Below, one piece after another: positions 1 to 14,649 of a stretch of 64,000 bases of DNA. Every line of letters begins with the position of its first letter. The stretch's first letter is position 1. The position numbers were made by a program, and so were the translations under genes. This stretch comes from Nageia nagi (lineage: Eukaryota; Plantae; Pinophyta), in the NCBI GenBank assembly GCA_050084985.1, contig JBITNC010000002.1, positions 19,902,001-19,966,000 on the forward strand, in the 5' to 3' direction. The notes under the pieces were generated by a model, which worked only from the letters and a program-made list of their open reading frames with translations, searched no databases and was not told the DNA's origin.

Positions 1-3000
1 AATCCCTACTATTAAAAAGGTTCTTCCATCTGAATTGATTCTAATGGTAAAGCCACCTTTTTCTTTCTACCTACAAACCTTTGACATTTCTCACAACTTT
101 GAACCTTCGTGAAAGCATCTTTGAACATAGTGGGCCAATAATAACCCGTTTGAATTATTTTACCCACCATTGTATAACTAGAATAATGACCTATGGATAC
201 CCCAAAATGAAATTCTTTAATCAATTTTGCTATCTTGGATAAAGGTATACACATCAGTAATACTCCATCATGATTTCTTCTATAAAGCACTTGGTCAATT
301 TTTGAATAATTTTGGGCATGAATTTTAAATCTTCTCCTTTGTGATATGTTCAAATGTGTAGGGAGTTTACCAAATTCAAAATACCTATTTAATTGGTCCA
401 TCCATTCATTTTCTTCCATACATAGTTCCTCATCCAAAATTACTTATTCAATGAAATACACACTATCTTTTCTTTCTTTGATGTCTCTAGTTAATTACTC
501 ACAAAGGGCCTTTCCCCTTATGGTTTAGTAGTTTTGATTTCCACATCATATCTTAAAATTTTAAAAATCAATCTATGTCTTCCTTCCCCAATTTCTCCTT
601 GCATTATATAAGATCTAACATCTGGATGTAAAGTTAAGACTAGGACTCTGCTCTGACCTATGTAATATTTCAACTTTTCCAAAGACTTTAGTATTACTAG
701 GACCTATTTTTCCATAAAAGTGTACTTCTCTTCACATTTATTCATAGTTTGACTAAAAAAGGAAATATGATATTCTTCATTATTTTCAAATTTATATGTT
801 AGGATAGCTCCAATGCTTGAATTAGAGCCATTCTCATTTACAAAATGAATTCTTTGCTGAAATCTAGGTTCCTTAAGATAGGTGCTCTAGTTATTGCAAA
901 CTTGATTCTTTGAAATGCTTCTTTTCCTTCTTCATTCCATTCGAACATAGCATTTTTTTAACATGAGGTTCATAAGCCTAACAATTCTTGAAAAATTTTG
1001 AATGAATTTTCTTTCAAAGTTAATCTATCCTAGAAAAGATTGTAAGTCCTTTTTGTTTGAAGGAAGAGATAATTTATTTATTGCTTCTACCCTATCCAGA
1101 TCAATAGCCCAACCTTATTTTGAAATAACATGTCCAAGAAGCTTTCCCTCATCTACTACAAAAATAGACTTTTTTAGATTTAAGAAAATTCCATACCTTC
1201 TTCATTTGATAAAAGCTTGCTCCAGATGCTATACATGGGAACTCCTATCATGAGATAAAATAGTGATATCATCCAAGTATACTAGTACACTTTTATTTAC
1301 TATTTCTCCAAAAGCATAATCCATAGCCTTTTGGAATTTTTCTCCTACATTTGATAATCTGAAAGGCATTCCTTGGAAAGCAAATGATCCCCATTTGGTT
1401 GTAAAAGTCATTTTGAACTGATCTTCATTTTTTACCCAAACTTGATTATACCTTGAAAAACCATCTAATAATGAGAATCTTTCCACTTTGACCATAGTAT
1501 TTAATATTTGTTCCATAGGTGGTAGAGGATAATTATCTTTTAATGAAATTCTATTTAAACCTCTGAAATCCACACACAATTGAACCTCTCCATTTTTCTT
1601 TCTAACTAGGACTAAATTTGACACCCATATAGAAAGTTTAGTAGGATATATGATACTAGCTTTATACAGTTTCAAAACTTCTTATTTTATCACCACTTCA
1701 ATATTGGGGTTTACTGGCCTTTGCTTCTGTCTGATTAGCTTGGCATCTTCAATCAATTCTATCATATGTTGAATTATAGATTTATCAAAAATCTTTAGAT
1801 CATCATACGACCAAGCAATTATATCAATAAAACTCTACACAACTGAATAATCTCTTTGATTTGATTGGGGTTGTTACATATGCCAATTTAAAAAAACAAT
1901 GGGAAGAATTTCGTACTCCTTATGATTATCAAGGTTTATAATTATACCCTTTCTTCTTACCTGATCATTTTTATTAAACAATGCTTTGAATGGAATTAGA
2001 TCTCTAGGAATTATATTATTATTCAATTGGATTATATCTTGTTCTCGAAAGATGTCAGCATCTTCTTCTCCTACCGCATGACACACAGATTATTGTAGAA
2101 AAAATTGATTGATTTGAGCCTCATCTCTAAAGACTTGCCAAAATGAATCATTCTCCAAGATAGAAGGTCTAAAGATAAGTTGAACCCTCTTTTTCTGGAA
2201 CCAGTCATTGGTGGGATTAAAATTGGCTCCCATTTGAGCCAGTGCATCTACTTCTTGGTTCAACTTTCTTAAAATGGATTGTATGTGTAGAGCTTCAAAA
2301 TTTTCAAATAGATACCACACTCTATTTTTGTAAGATTTTAAATAATGATGTTTAACAGAGCACTTGCCTATGACTTAGTTTACAATTAACTTTGAGTCTC
2401 TTTTAATTTTCACACAGTGGATTTGTATTTTAATTGCTTGCTCTAGACCAAGGCAAAGGGCTTCATACTCAGCTGCATTATTGATGCACATCCATGTGAG
2501 CTTGTATGAGAATTTATGAATTTTTTCCATTGGATCAATCAAGACAATCCCAATACCTAACCTATTTTTAGATTTGGCTCCATTAATTAACATTTCCCAA
2601 ACTTTACCTTTTTTGAACTCTTCATTGGTGAGCTTTGGAATGAAAGACTCTAGTTTCCCAGACTTCACCTTTTTTGAACTCTTCATTGGTGACCTTTGAG
2701 ATGAAAGGCTCTAGTTCCATCAAATAATAATTTCCAAACTCCATGTCATAAATGGTGCTAAGCATATTCATAGACACAGGATATTTGGTTTGCAATTTCT
2801 CCAATAACTGCTCACTCTCTTCCAACTCACTTAGGATTGCATTGACCTCCTCCTTTTCTACATGAACATCAAAAAAAATTTCATTATCCAACCTTACTCT
2901 CTTATCTCCACAAGGAATTAAATAATGAGTGTAATCTATTGCTAAATAACCCCTTATTTTCACTATGAACTCCTTGGATAAACATAACTCGAAAAGAGGA

Positions 3001-5175
3001 GGAAGTTCAACTACTACAATTGTCTGAGTGATGATCATAGAAGGACACTTATGTATCTTTAAAACTATATCTTTGATAACCCCAATAATCTTAACTAGGG
3101 TTGAGTTTAACTACAACACTCCTGTGGATGTTCTAGTAAGAGGTAGCCCCATTACATCACATACTACTTTAGGCATGATGGTAGTGGTTGCTCAGAAATA
3201 GACTAAATAGTTATGTAGCACATACCCATCTACCTCTAAAGTCATATAAAAAGCTGGTGATTTATTTTTTCCCATTTTCAAATATTTGGATGTCTCAAAC
3301 AAGTTTAACACCCTATCCATTCCTTCATTTAATGTTGTAAGGGTTGTCCTTAATAAATCAATTTACCTAGGGATTTTTAAGGCATCAAATAAAGATATAT
3401 TCAAAGGGGTTCTCTTTATTTCTTCTACAATATTGAAATCATGAGTGACTAAAGGCTTACTATCTTTGTCAAATAACCTTTGTTGAAACTATTGAGTGTC
3501 ATACCTCCTCTAATAACTTGAGCAAGGGAGACCTTAACTTTCAAATCATCTGATCATTGACTTCATCAACTTTAGGCATCTGTATAGCTTCCAAAATTGG
3601 AAATTTATGAGATGCAGCTTCTTTTGGGAGTGTCATGTTTGCAAATAGGGAGCTATACCAAGCTTCTTGGAGGCTATTGGATCGTGACCTTTTGGAGATT
3701 CAACTCTTTTATTTGGTAGATTTGATACATAAGGCCTCTTTGTAGACCTTGTTTATATAGAAAAAATACCTACATTGATTGAGGTGAAATTCATCAAATT
3801 TACATTTTGACTCATACCATTAGCTACACCAAGTGGAGGAATTCGTCTGCTTTTAGACAAGTACTCCTAATATTGATATATAGGTTAAGAAGTTTTTTCA
3901 TGAGCATCATTGCAAGCTAAACATAAGCTTACTATCTATCCAAAAGAAGAAGCTTGATCTATATCCTCTACTAGAACATGCTGATTTTTAGCTTTTTCTA
4001 CAACCGGATATGGGAATCTCCTTTCATTATTTTGTCTACTCAAGAGGGTGATCTAGTTTTCCATGTTCCTACACAAAGCTTTCAATTCTTATATCTCATT
4101 TTGTGAGGAAGCGACTTGATTTACTCCAAACTGATGTAAGGCTAGTAAAGCCAAAGGAGCTCTTAGGGTAGGTAAAGCTAATGGAAACTATTGAACTAGT
4201 GTAGGAATACTAGCTAGAGGTAGGTCCATACAAATTGCTAAGGGTATTATTACTTGATTTTGTGGTAATATTGAAAAGTATGGCATTGGCATGCGATTGG
4301 GTAGTTTTCCTATCGAAATGAGATAAGCTTTAGCAAACACTGCTTATCTAAATACTTTCAAAAAAATGGTTACCTCAAAATTTTGAATTTGCAAAGAGAG
4401 ATATGGGGGAAAGGCTTTCAAATAATACATCAAAGCATGAGATTGTTGGGGCCTAACCAATACCAAACTCTTTTCCAAGATTTTTGGAACCTAATATTAA
4501 AATATGAAATATTCTCCTATTCATGTCTTTTGATAGAGGTGAGTTGAGTTAGTAAGGAGAAGGAGTATCCTACTTCATAAAATTTCAGGTTGAAAGGCTT
4601 TGCCAACTAAGCCCAAAAAGTTAAAGATCTGCTAGCAAGGCTTCTATACCAATCAAGGACCTTGGCCTTGAAAGATTATGCTAGCAGTCTTACCATGACA
4701 TATTCATGCTAAATATTATAAAGCTTAGCCAAATTAGCTACATCCACACAGTGTTCATAGGTTGTTTTCTCCATGGTGGCATCAAACTCAGGTAGAGTTT
4801 TAAAGACATTTCCTGCGATATCATACAATACAACTAGAGCCAAAGGTACCCCATCGTCCCATGTAGGATAGATATTTGGAGCAGGATTAGCCATTTTAGG
4901 AGAAGCAATCCTAGTATGAAGGTTGAATACTACTAGTTTGAATGGAGATTCTAAAGTGTTGATACTAGCCAAAGATCTAGACTTGATCAGAGTCTTTCTT
5001 TTGGAAGGACCAAGTTCTTTAAATCTTGGACCTCTTTAGTTACTTTGGATTTTGATTTTGTCCACATAAACTCTAATAGCACCTAAAAGAATTTAGGTTC
5101 GTAAAGTAGCAATAATAACTATAAAATTTGCTTTGATACATACCATCAATACTAATTCTAGCAGAGTCATCGATA
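1..5175 (-). mobile_element. Degenerate Ty3/Gypsy Tat-type retrotransposon internal region (gag-PR-aRH-RT-RH-INT), runs off the window
   Basis: gag ~4970-3900; protease ~3250-3000; additional RNase H 2590-2200 (NNAAEYEALCLGL, KRDSKLIV, NQEVDALA); RT 1675-1229 (LCVDFRGLN, DNYPLP, VYLDDI); RH ~900-480; integrase zinc finger 437-12 (H..GH..YYWPTM..CEKC). Many stops and frameshifts. Confidence 0.9.
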
Positions 5176-6495
5176 AAATTTTTCATGTCCGCTCGAGCAT
5201 GCCAAAAAGATATACTATTGATGGAAATTATGTAATATATATGCCTTGGACAATTTCAACCAAAGTATATCATGAACAAGCTAACATAGTAACGTGATCT
5301 CCAGAGTTGGTCGGTTCCTTATCTATTGGTTGCAGATGAAAATAACAAGTAACAAGAAAGAAACAAAAGAGGGTAGAGTGCAAAGAAATAAAGCAAGAAG
5401 AATAGGAAGCAAGAGCAAAGCAAAGGGCAGATCACTAGTTCAATGCAAGCTTTCATATAATGTGAAACCTTAGCAAGAATCTAGTGTAGCAGCCACAATG
5501 TAAGCTTTCATTCTCTAAATTATTCTCCAACTTAACTCTACCATATTAGCAAACACAGTTATACCAACAACTTGTTGTTATCATTCAAAAAATATCCATT
5601 AATTGCCACAATATAACCAGATTAAGAATAATAACACCAAATGTTGGATAAGAAAGGTCAAGATGGCATTATATTACTGATAGAACAAAAGGTCATCGAA
5701 AACAAATACAAAGGGCAATACTAGGGATTTCGACCCCTTTTTTGCTCTATCTTCAACTAAATTTATACTAGGCTGGAGCGGTTACAAAATGACTAAAACA
5801 AAACAGTTACAAAATGGCCCAAAAATTCTAGCCTTCTTTTAATAAATAGCTATCTCTACCATGTGGCATTTTATTTCTTAAAATTGAAAGATCTAGAATC
5901 GTAATTGCCTCTAAATTGCGACGAGCATGTTTTTTGGGTGCTATTTGAACCTGTATTACATTTACAAAAGATTCCCTAACTGATTATGATGATTCCAAAG
6001 TTTTTCCATCTTCTAGTGATTATTCTGGAGCCTTCTCAATTTTTGGCTCACATTTCGAAGTCTTTTGGTGAAGCTTTGTTTGGGCAAAGATTCCTTTTGT
6101 TACATCTAACATCATCAATCTCCGCACTCCGATCTTGAAGGTTTTTATTTTCTATTGACATCACTTTCTTCTTATGCCTTTGTAAGGTAAAGCAAGTAAC
6201 TCCAAGAGATCTTAATTTTGCTTGTGACATCATCCTCCTCCAAGTCCATTCTTTTGGCTAAAGTGTGTTTCACTTTACTTTGCTGATGTCACCTCTTTTC
6301 ATGCTCCGAAACACCTAACTCAATTGCCACAGAACTTTTAGCATTACTTGTTGATATCACTACTTTTGAAGTTTGGTTTTAGACAAAAATAATACTTGCC
6401 TATACTCTACTAACATCATATCTGGAGATTGCTATAATTAATGCATTTTCTCCTCAAAACTATCTGAAAGTTTCCTAAAACACACTTCTTTAGAC
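5176..6495 (-). repeat. Probable 5' LTR of the Tat element, with a degenerate PBS at ~5156-5172
   Basis: Minus strand reads ...gatgactctgctag just upstream of gag, resembling the TGGCGACTCTGCTGGGG PBS of Tat/Ogre elements. The non-coding 1.3 kb starts tgtctaaag on the minus strand. No second copy in the window. Confidence 0.5.
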
Positions 6496-9400
6496 AAATA
6501 AGAACAATACATGCTGAGAAACCGCTAGGATGTTAGATTATATATACATATACACTTCTTATATAGCAAATCAAATTTGAATACTAAAATATAATACCCT
6601 TCCTAATAACTGACTACAATCTAATTTTTCATTATTTATATCATGATCATTCAATATCCTATTACACAATTACGTGAAAATCATAGGATTCAAATACCAT
6701 TAACTTAATTAACCCTATTTAAATTTCAAGTAGATGTGAAGTTCGATCTCCAAGTCCCACTATAGATTCCAAATCAAATCATATGTGATATGCTTTGACC
6801 ATCAGATTCACTGAATTCTAATGTCTGATAGTCAATTTCTTTCTTTCTTTCACTTACCCATCAACTTGAAAGGCTCCATTCAATTTCTGCATGTTCCAGA
6901 CAGAATACTGAAACAGTGAAACTAGGTACAAGTTAGCGTCCCAGATTGCTCAGTATTTGGTCCAGGTGGGTGCCTTTGCATCTTTGACTTGCCTTTATTA
7001 CGTACTTTGAAACATTATCCTCGTTTATTACACGACTGGCTTCAAAAGACCAGCAATCAGCATTTGCCATTCTATTTCTCTTCAATAGGATTAGCAGATC
7101 AGAGGGTAATTTTTACAGTAGAGTTTAAACTTTAACGTTTGTTTATGACTTCAGTTTAACATTCATAGTTTCATAATTCAATAGTTCAGATTTTAGTTAC
7201 TATGATTTAATGATTCACATTTAGGTTTAAAATGTTAAGATTTCATTTTTTTATGATTTCATTTATTTAATAAAATGAGTAATTTTTATAGTAAAATTTT
7301 GAATTTATGTTTTTTTCCTTATTTTTTTCAAAGTTTAATGGTTTTTAATTAATACCGAAGTCAATAGTTACACAAAGTATAAATACCCGTCTTTCAAATT
7401 GAAAAGAATATTATTCTTGTATTACTAATTTAAATTGATTGATATTGACGTAGTCATGTTGCTGAAATGTGTAGAATGAAAATTAAAGACTTTCAACTGA
7501 ATTCTATAGAGTTTTTAGGTAATTCAAAGATTTATATGTACAGATTTGATGGAATGAATACCTACATATGAGAGATGGAAGAGAGACGCCGACTCTATGA
7601 GTTGGCCATGACAAGATGGAATAAGATTCGTCTCTAAACATTAGACGGCAACTCTGACTTGACCATGACAACATGGCTTGGTTGTCTGTAAACATGTTAC
7701 AATTGTCTTTGTTAGGCCACGATGAAGACAACATTCATGTTTCCATGGCTGAGAATTCGTTCCGTGTTGGATTGCTTCAGACCGGATTGGACTGAATGAG
7801 AAGCGCATTCAATAAATTGATTAGAGGATGGTTTTCTTCCAAAACCATTGTATTATATTATAGGTGAGACTCGTTTCTCATATGTTTGGAAAACGGTTGC
7901 ACAATTAAAATCAATCAAGAAAACATTAAATTTTGAAATGATGTTGTTTGAAATATGTGAACTTGGAGTACTAAAGTCAAGCTAGTAATCTATAGTACAT
8001 TTTGGAGGATTGAGTGTTGTATTTATTTTTTTTAATGGATAAATCATCTTTGAGGGAGAAATTTTTGTCCTCTGATATTGATCAGGGTACGGTTTATCTT
8101 AGACATTCACACCATCAAAATTCTGCACCGACCATCATTCCATATGATTTTAGATATTTGTATTGAAAATCTATTCTATTTACAAATATTTTTTCCAAAG
8201 AATGTTGTATTTTTATTATAATTACTTTCAAAGTTTAATTTGGTATTTATATTATTTTAAATGTTATTTTTTATTAAAAATATTTTATTGCGAGTTTTAC
8301 AAGATTTTATGGTTAAGACTTGGGTTTAACTATTTTTGTATTTATAAGGAAATCACGAAAAAAATATTATTAGAAAAATTCATCAATAAATAGAATATTA
8401 AATTCCTTCTTAAACAAAGGAATATTAATTGTTAATTGGCATCTCATTGTATTGTTGAATGTTTTATATGAAATCAAAAATATTAATGTAAGGCTTACGA
8501 ATTCATTGTTTATCATTATTCGCCTAATTAGTTTTATTCAAAGGTATTATATTCTTTATATTCTTGTAGGAAGGCAGAAAGTAGGTGTAGAAATCACATC
8601 AACTTGTAATGTTTGTTAAGATAGATTTTGAGAAGTATGATACAAGTGATAAGCATTCCATTTTACAAATGCTTCAAGCTCTATTTTAATTTCATATATT
8701 AAGATGCTTTATGTAGATGCCTTAACTTACTTTACAATGAATAGAGATCAGTCTACTACATTTTTATTCATCGATTTATTCACCAAGCTTGCCTTTTATC
8801 TCTAACACTATTTATGCTAGTTGCAAAAGCCTTTGGTTGGTTATCATAAAGTTTTGCTTCCATGAATGTTGTGCAAAGAATTTTTCTTCATAATTTCTTT
8901 GATTGGATTATCAATGAGTATTTTATTGATGATAATTTTCTCATTATTATTGAGGATGAAGGGATAGTTTCAAAAGCTCTAACTTATTTGGATATTTTTC
9001 TATTAGCTTTTAGTTTTAGCATATAATAGAAGAAGACTCAATGCTTTTGTCTAACTTGGTTTAAGTGTCTAAAATGGATGTAGCTAATGATTTTTATTCC
9101 TTTTTCTTTTGGAGTATCTCTTGTTTCTTTTTGGTTGTATGTTGTTGATAGAGTTACTTCTAAGTAAAATCACTAGCTCACCAAGCCATTATATTTAGGT
9201 TATTGGTTTGAAATTTCCTTAAAAGTTCTTGTAATAACTCATTTTTATTGCTCTTTATGTTGGGTCCCCTTTATTATATATAATAAGAAGCTAGAGCACT
9301 TATTGAGAGACTTTCTTTAGGCTTCTCCCAACTAAATTTGATGGTACGATTTTGATTAGCATTTGTAAATAAAATTTAGTATTGTATGTTAAATGAATAG

Positions 9401-10259
9401 TCGAAGCTTTGAAAGGTGTAGAGGTATGAAAACTTAGTTTACATTATTACATTTCCTTTAGGCTCCCTTGTGGGAAATGGACTTAAAGAGGTAGTTACTT
9501 TCAAACTTTATTAGTTATTCTTGAATTTACTAATCTTACGAGTTCTTTTGTTATCAAGAGTATTTGGAAGGCTTGGGAGTCTATCAAACCTTAGCTTCAT
9601 TAGGTAGGGTTCGAAATTTGATTTAGTCTATTGTGTAATTTTTAGAAGTTTTGGTGATTACCACTTTTCATAAAAATGGTTATGCTTTTAACCTATGCCC
9701 ATGTTTCATCCTTTTCATTTATTTTGCAAAAGCATTTTATAGCTAATGGACATTATCACTCATTGAACTCAATATTTTCTTCTATGGCTAGATCTCAAGA
9801 AAAATGTTATCTCCTGAACACAAATGAAATTGCTTATTATTATTTACAAGATGTTACACCACATGAATTATAGTTAAATGTTATTATCATTTCACAATGG
9901 CTATGGTGAAAATATAAGTACTAGATCATGAAGAAACCTTTGTTAGGATATATGTTTTTGCACTTTCTTTCGTTGTTATTCACTTTCTATAAATTTTTGT
10001 TTACATGATCATTCCTTATATGAGAGTCATTGATAAGTTACAACAACTGTATTTGGATGACTATGATGTCAAATATAGTGGCTTATCATAAGATCATGAT
10101 GCCTTTCGGAAGAAAATTCCCTAGCATCTCCTAGGCCAGTTTGCTCAAAATGAATATGAACAAGGATGAGATCAACATTATTATTGAATTGAACAAAGAT
10201 CAAGATATTACAAGAATATCCATTCCTAGTGAATTGATTGATCATGAAGCTAGCCAAAG

Positions 10260-10780
10260 AGAAAATTCTCTAATAGGCAAGTTCATTCTATCATTGATTT
10301 AATTCAAAAATGGGTCAAGGAAAAAAGGAAAACTAGAGGCAACTTGAGATTGTTATGCACTTGATTTACTTCATCCTATTTAATTGTAATCAAGATATAG
10401 ATGCAAAAGAAGTTTTCAAAAATGAGCCATGGTTATTCAATGGGAAGGGATTGTTCTTGAAAAAATGGCACAAGGGCTTTGAGCCAAATAGAAAAAATAT
10501 TCAACTCACCCCTATCTAGGGCATATTTCCCAATCTCCTTATTGAATTTTGGAATATTAACATAATCACATGGATCATTAAAGGTATAGAAACTCTTGTT
10601 TCAATTAATTTAACCATCAAGTCAAAAAGTAGAATGATATATGCAATATTTTGCATAAATGTAAACCTCTCCAAATATCTTCCAAATAAAATCATGCTTG
10701 ACACATATAGAGGCTCACTAAAATAAGAATTGAATATGAATATCTCCTAGGCAATTATGATATATATAGAAAAGGTGGAT
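10260..10780 (+). mobile_element. L1-type LINE ORF1 remnant (DUF4283-like)
   Basis: Translates EPWLFNGKGLFLKKWHKGFEP...FPNLLIEFW, a plant LINE ORF1 signature; disrupted. Confidence 0.7.
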
Positions 10781-11399
10781 ATACTAACAAATAATTACAT
10801 TAAAATAAACCTAATTTGATACCAGGAAGGAGTAATGAAAGAAAGGAAACAAGAAAGATGAAAACAAAGATCATTATTCATAAGAAGAATCCCTTTGATT
10901 GTTTGAGAGATATTGAAGATAAGGACTAGAAAGATGATGAAATCAAAATAAATGAAATGAAATTATATTGATATTGATACTAATGTATATGGGTGACCAA
11001 AATATGGTTAATGGGACTATAGAAAATTACATTTAATAAGAGCATGGGATCACTTAGTGCAGCTCCTATGTGTAAAAGTGAAGTAAGAAAAAAAGAGTGT
11101 CAAAATACAATAATTTTAAATGAGGAAAGACATCTATAGATCTCAATCAAGGGGCTTCATCTATATATGAAGTCAAAAGAAATAAAACTCCTAATATTAC
11201 AATTAAAGGAATTAACCCTAGTGGGTTTGGCAACAATGCATCGATGGGTGGTCCTTCCAAAATCATCAAGGTTCGTGTGATGTTTTCAATCCATAGCTTC
11301 CTGTGGTTGAAAATGGGATGTAATAAATCTAAGGATTGATGTGTTTGAGGATATATCAGCAATAACCTTCTATCTAATATAGATGGCTTCTGTAATATA

Positions 11400-12730
11400 A
11401 AGTAGGATGCATTTTTTGGTCTTCATAGTCCATCAATGATTTCAAAGTGTGGATACCTTGAGTAAGCAATAGAATTGACCTCAAATTTCATAGTAGATAG
11501 GGGAAATAAATATGAAATGCTCTTCAATATTTGGTTCTATGTTATATAATTTAAATGTATGCTAATATTTAGGGATATGGTGGTATGTTTCGATACAAAG
11601 TTAGTGTGAGAAAACCCTTATGTAGCCAACAAGAAAATGAAGACCATGACATATATGTAGCTTGATGTAGTCAAGTATGATAATAGCATCATGCTTTAGT
11701 TTCATGTAAACATGAAGATAATGCAAGAGCTTTGGTGAAAGTGGCTTTTCTAGTTCAATACATGTTGTCTTTAGGTAGGTCAAGTAGATTTTCTCCTTGA
11801 TCTTTATATTGATATCTCTAGTAGAAGGATTAGAGGTCATATTTGGGAGCTAAGAGGGAGGTAGTTGTTTCAGGACTATAGATCATAGGAGAGAGGTAAT
11901 TTTTGAGTACCAACACCAAAAAAGCCTTTAGTTGCAAGTTGCATTGATGATTTTAGTACTAATAGAGGGTATATCTTTGAATTCATTGAAATATATTGAT
12001 GGATCTTGTTCAAGAGCAACATGAGGTATACATCAAATTAAACCAAAATGATGGAATGGGATATTATTCCTTTCATTTGAATGGACCTTGAGAATATATT
12101 CACCAAAACCCTCTCAACACAAACCTAACCAAAGTGTCTCAAGTAAGGCCCCCAAACTTAACATCTATATAGTAGGGTCAAAGAGATGAGAATATGTAAC
12201 ACTATAATTTTTGCCATGATATCTTGGACCTAGAGTTCAAAATAACATCTTTTGAGTGTGACAATTGGACCATATCCTTTGTTCAATTTGTTATGGGAGG
12301 TTGGGATAAAGTTGAAAGTAGGACTTTGTGAAGAGTACCCCTAGATAGGTTTAGGAATTCATGTGGAAATTCAAGTAGGTTTTGGAAGCACCTTTTCTTA
12401 ACATATTGAAGGATAGCATATATATCTTTTTTAGATTAATTTCAAGATTATGGGTATCAAATAAGGTAGTCAAGGTGTCAACCTCATGTTGAAGCCCACC
12501 TATTACCAGTATGAGATAACAAGATGATATCATATGTAAAGAGAAGACTTGAGACATTGTAATAATATAGAAAATATCCCACCCTTGTACCCAAGGTATT
12601 TTTGATTGATTGTTAAAAGTTCATCAATATAAAACACAGATAGAGTAGGTGAGAGGGGACAACCTTATTTTACTCTAATAGTACTATACACCATATCACA
12701 TAGGTGAGAACCAACTCAAACTTGGCTCAT
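11400..12730 (-). mobile_element. Non-LTR retrotransposon RT and C-terminal remnant
   Basis: VK*GCPLSPTL..YIDE and LEINLKKIYMLSFN; clear DNA similarity to 29400-30300 (e.g. 12120-12260 vs 29705-29850). Confidence 0.75.
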
Positions 12731-12949
12731 TTTGCTTAAACCTAAATTTGGTCCCCCTAAGGTGGTCCCACTTAGGTGTAACAATATATACATATTTAAT
12801 CACAATTTATCACATTTTATCATATTTTACCTTATTATCATATATTTCTCATGTTGTGTTCTTATTTTATGTCAAGTACATCGGTACGACTTCAACCTTC
12901 CTACAAGGGGTTAAATGGTAAGATGAGAATTAATGAATAACCATATACT

Positions 12950-14500
12950 TTCTCCAATTTAGAATCTCCTTCAAGAGATTGTGGTAAAGGTCATGGTAGT
13001 AGAGGTCTTAGAAGAGGCAATCCTGGTAGAGGATGAGATCGATCAACCAGCAAAAAATAAAGCTCAACATCCCAATATTATGACTTATGTGGTAAGGATG
13101 GTCACATGATACAATAATATTTCACAAAGAAGAAATAACAAAATGCTAGTTTTAGTGAAGAGTCTGATGACATCAATATGTTCTTGACTTGCAACAAATT
13201 TAAGGCTATTGATGATCAGATTTGGTATTTGGATAGCAATTGTTCCAATCATGTGATCGAGAACAAGAATTGTTTGTACAACTTGAAGAGAATATCTTCA
13301 GATAAGTCAAGTTTGGTGATAATAATCAAGTTAACATTATCAGTAGAGGTTCTATTTCTTTTACAACAAAGACCAATAGGATCATGCATATTCATGACAC
13401 ATTGTATATTTTGGGGTTAGAGCATAATCTCCTCAACATTGGTCAAATGTGTTTGAAGAGCTACATGATAGTCTTAAGGAATAAGAGTTACACCATCACT
13501 AATGATATCAATCACCAAGTAGTCACCACTATTCTCATGTTTGAGAATAGAATGTACATGCTCAAGATGCAACTAGCAGTTATCAAATGCCTAAAGATCA
13601 CCCTTGATACAAATTAGTTGTGGCATAAGAGGTTTGGAAACCTTAATTTCAACTCAATGTGGGGACTACACAAGCTTGTGATTGGTATGTTGGCCTTCTC
13701 TAACCCATAAAATACCACATTATGAAAGTTGCATATTTAGGAAACAACATAGAGAGAAGTTTCTCAATCACCAACATCGAGCTTGAAAGCCTCTAGAGTT
13801 CATGCACATAAACTTATGCAAACTTATACACACTCCTAGTATGACCAAGTGCATGTATACACTTATTTTTACCAATAATCATTCTAAAATGAGTTGGTTG
13901 TATTTTTTGTAGGCAAAATTAAATACTTTTGATTACTTTGTCAAATTTAGAGCATTGGTAGAGAACCAATCTAGGTACACCCTCAAGGAGAACTTACAAA
14001 CCAATTGGGATGGTGAATTCATTTCAAATTAGTGTATATACTATTGTAACAAACATGGGATCAATAGGTAGTACACAGTTTCATACACTCCTCAGCATAA
14101 TTACATAGTAGAAAGGAAGAATCGAAAAATCATTGAGATGACCTAGTGCATGTTGAAGAAGATGGGTATAAACACAAACAAGAAGTTATGGGGGGAAGTT
14201 GTTCATATAGTTATCCACATTTTGAATCATTGTTCAATCAAAATCATGCAGGATTCAATCCCTGTGAGGCTTGGCTTGGAAAGAAACCAAGTATCTCTCA
14301 CTTAAGGATTATTAGCTTTATATGTTATGTACTCATTTCTAAGGAGAATAGGAAGAAATTGGATGAAAAATCCATCAAATGTATATTTGTAGGATACTCT
14401 CATGATTCCAAAGCTTACAAGTGTTATGATCCAATTTCTAACAATTTGCACATCAATCGAGACATGATCTTCAATGAAGGGGGTGCATATACAAAGGACT
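12950..14500 (+). mobile_element. Truncated Ty1/Copia (gag zinc knuckle, protease, integrase)
   Basis: LCGKDGH; WYLDSNCSNH; HNLLNIGQM; WHKRFGNLNF; YTPQHN; RKKLDEKSIKCIFVGYSHDSKAYKCYDP. No RT follows. Confidence 0.88.
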
Positions 14501-14649
14501 AAGATGCATTTGGCATCATTCAAAGTTTAAAGAATACTTATTTGCTTACTTTGTGCATTACAAATAATCATTTCTTATTGTTTCTAGGGATAAATTTTTA
14601 AAGCATATGGTTATCTTACAAATAACTTCTAAACCAAGATTTGTAGTTT

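Noticed and set aside
7590-7635. Hammerhead-ribozyme-like three-stem junction
   Set aside because: The CUGANGA and GAAA core motifs are absent.
7787-7806. ttggactgaa resembles the 5' end of miR319
   Set aside because: Only ~10 nt match, the 3' half differs, and no complementary star arm was found.
8600-9900. Possible LINE RNase H remnants
   Set aside because: Only faint motifs; too decayed to call as a feature.
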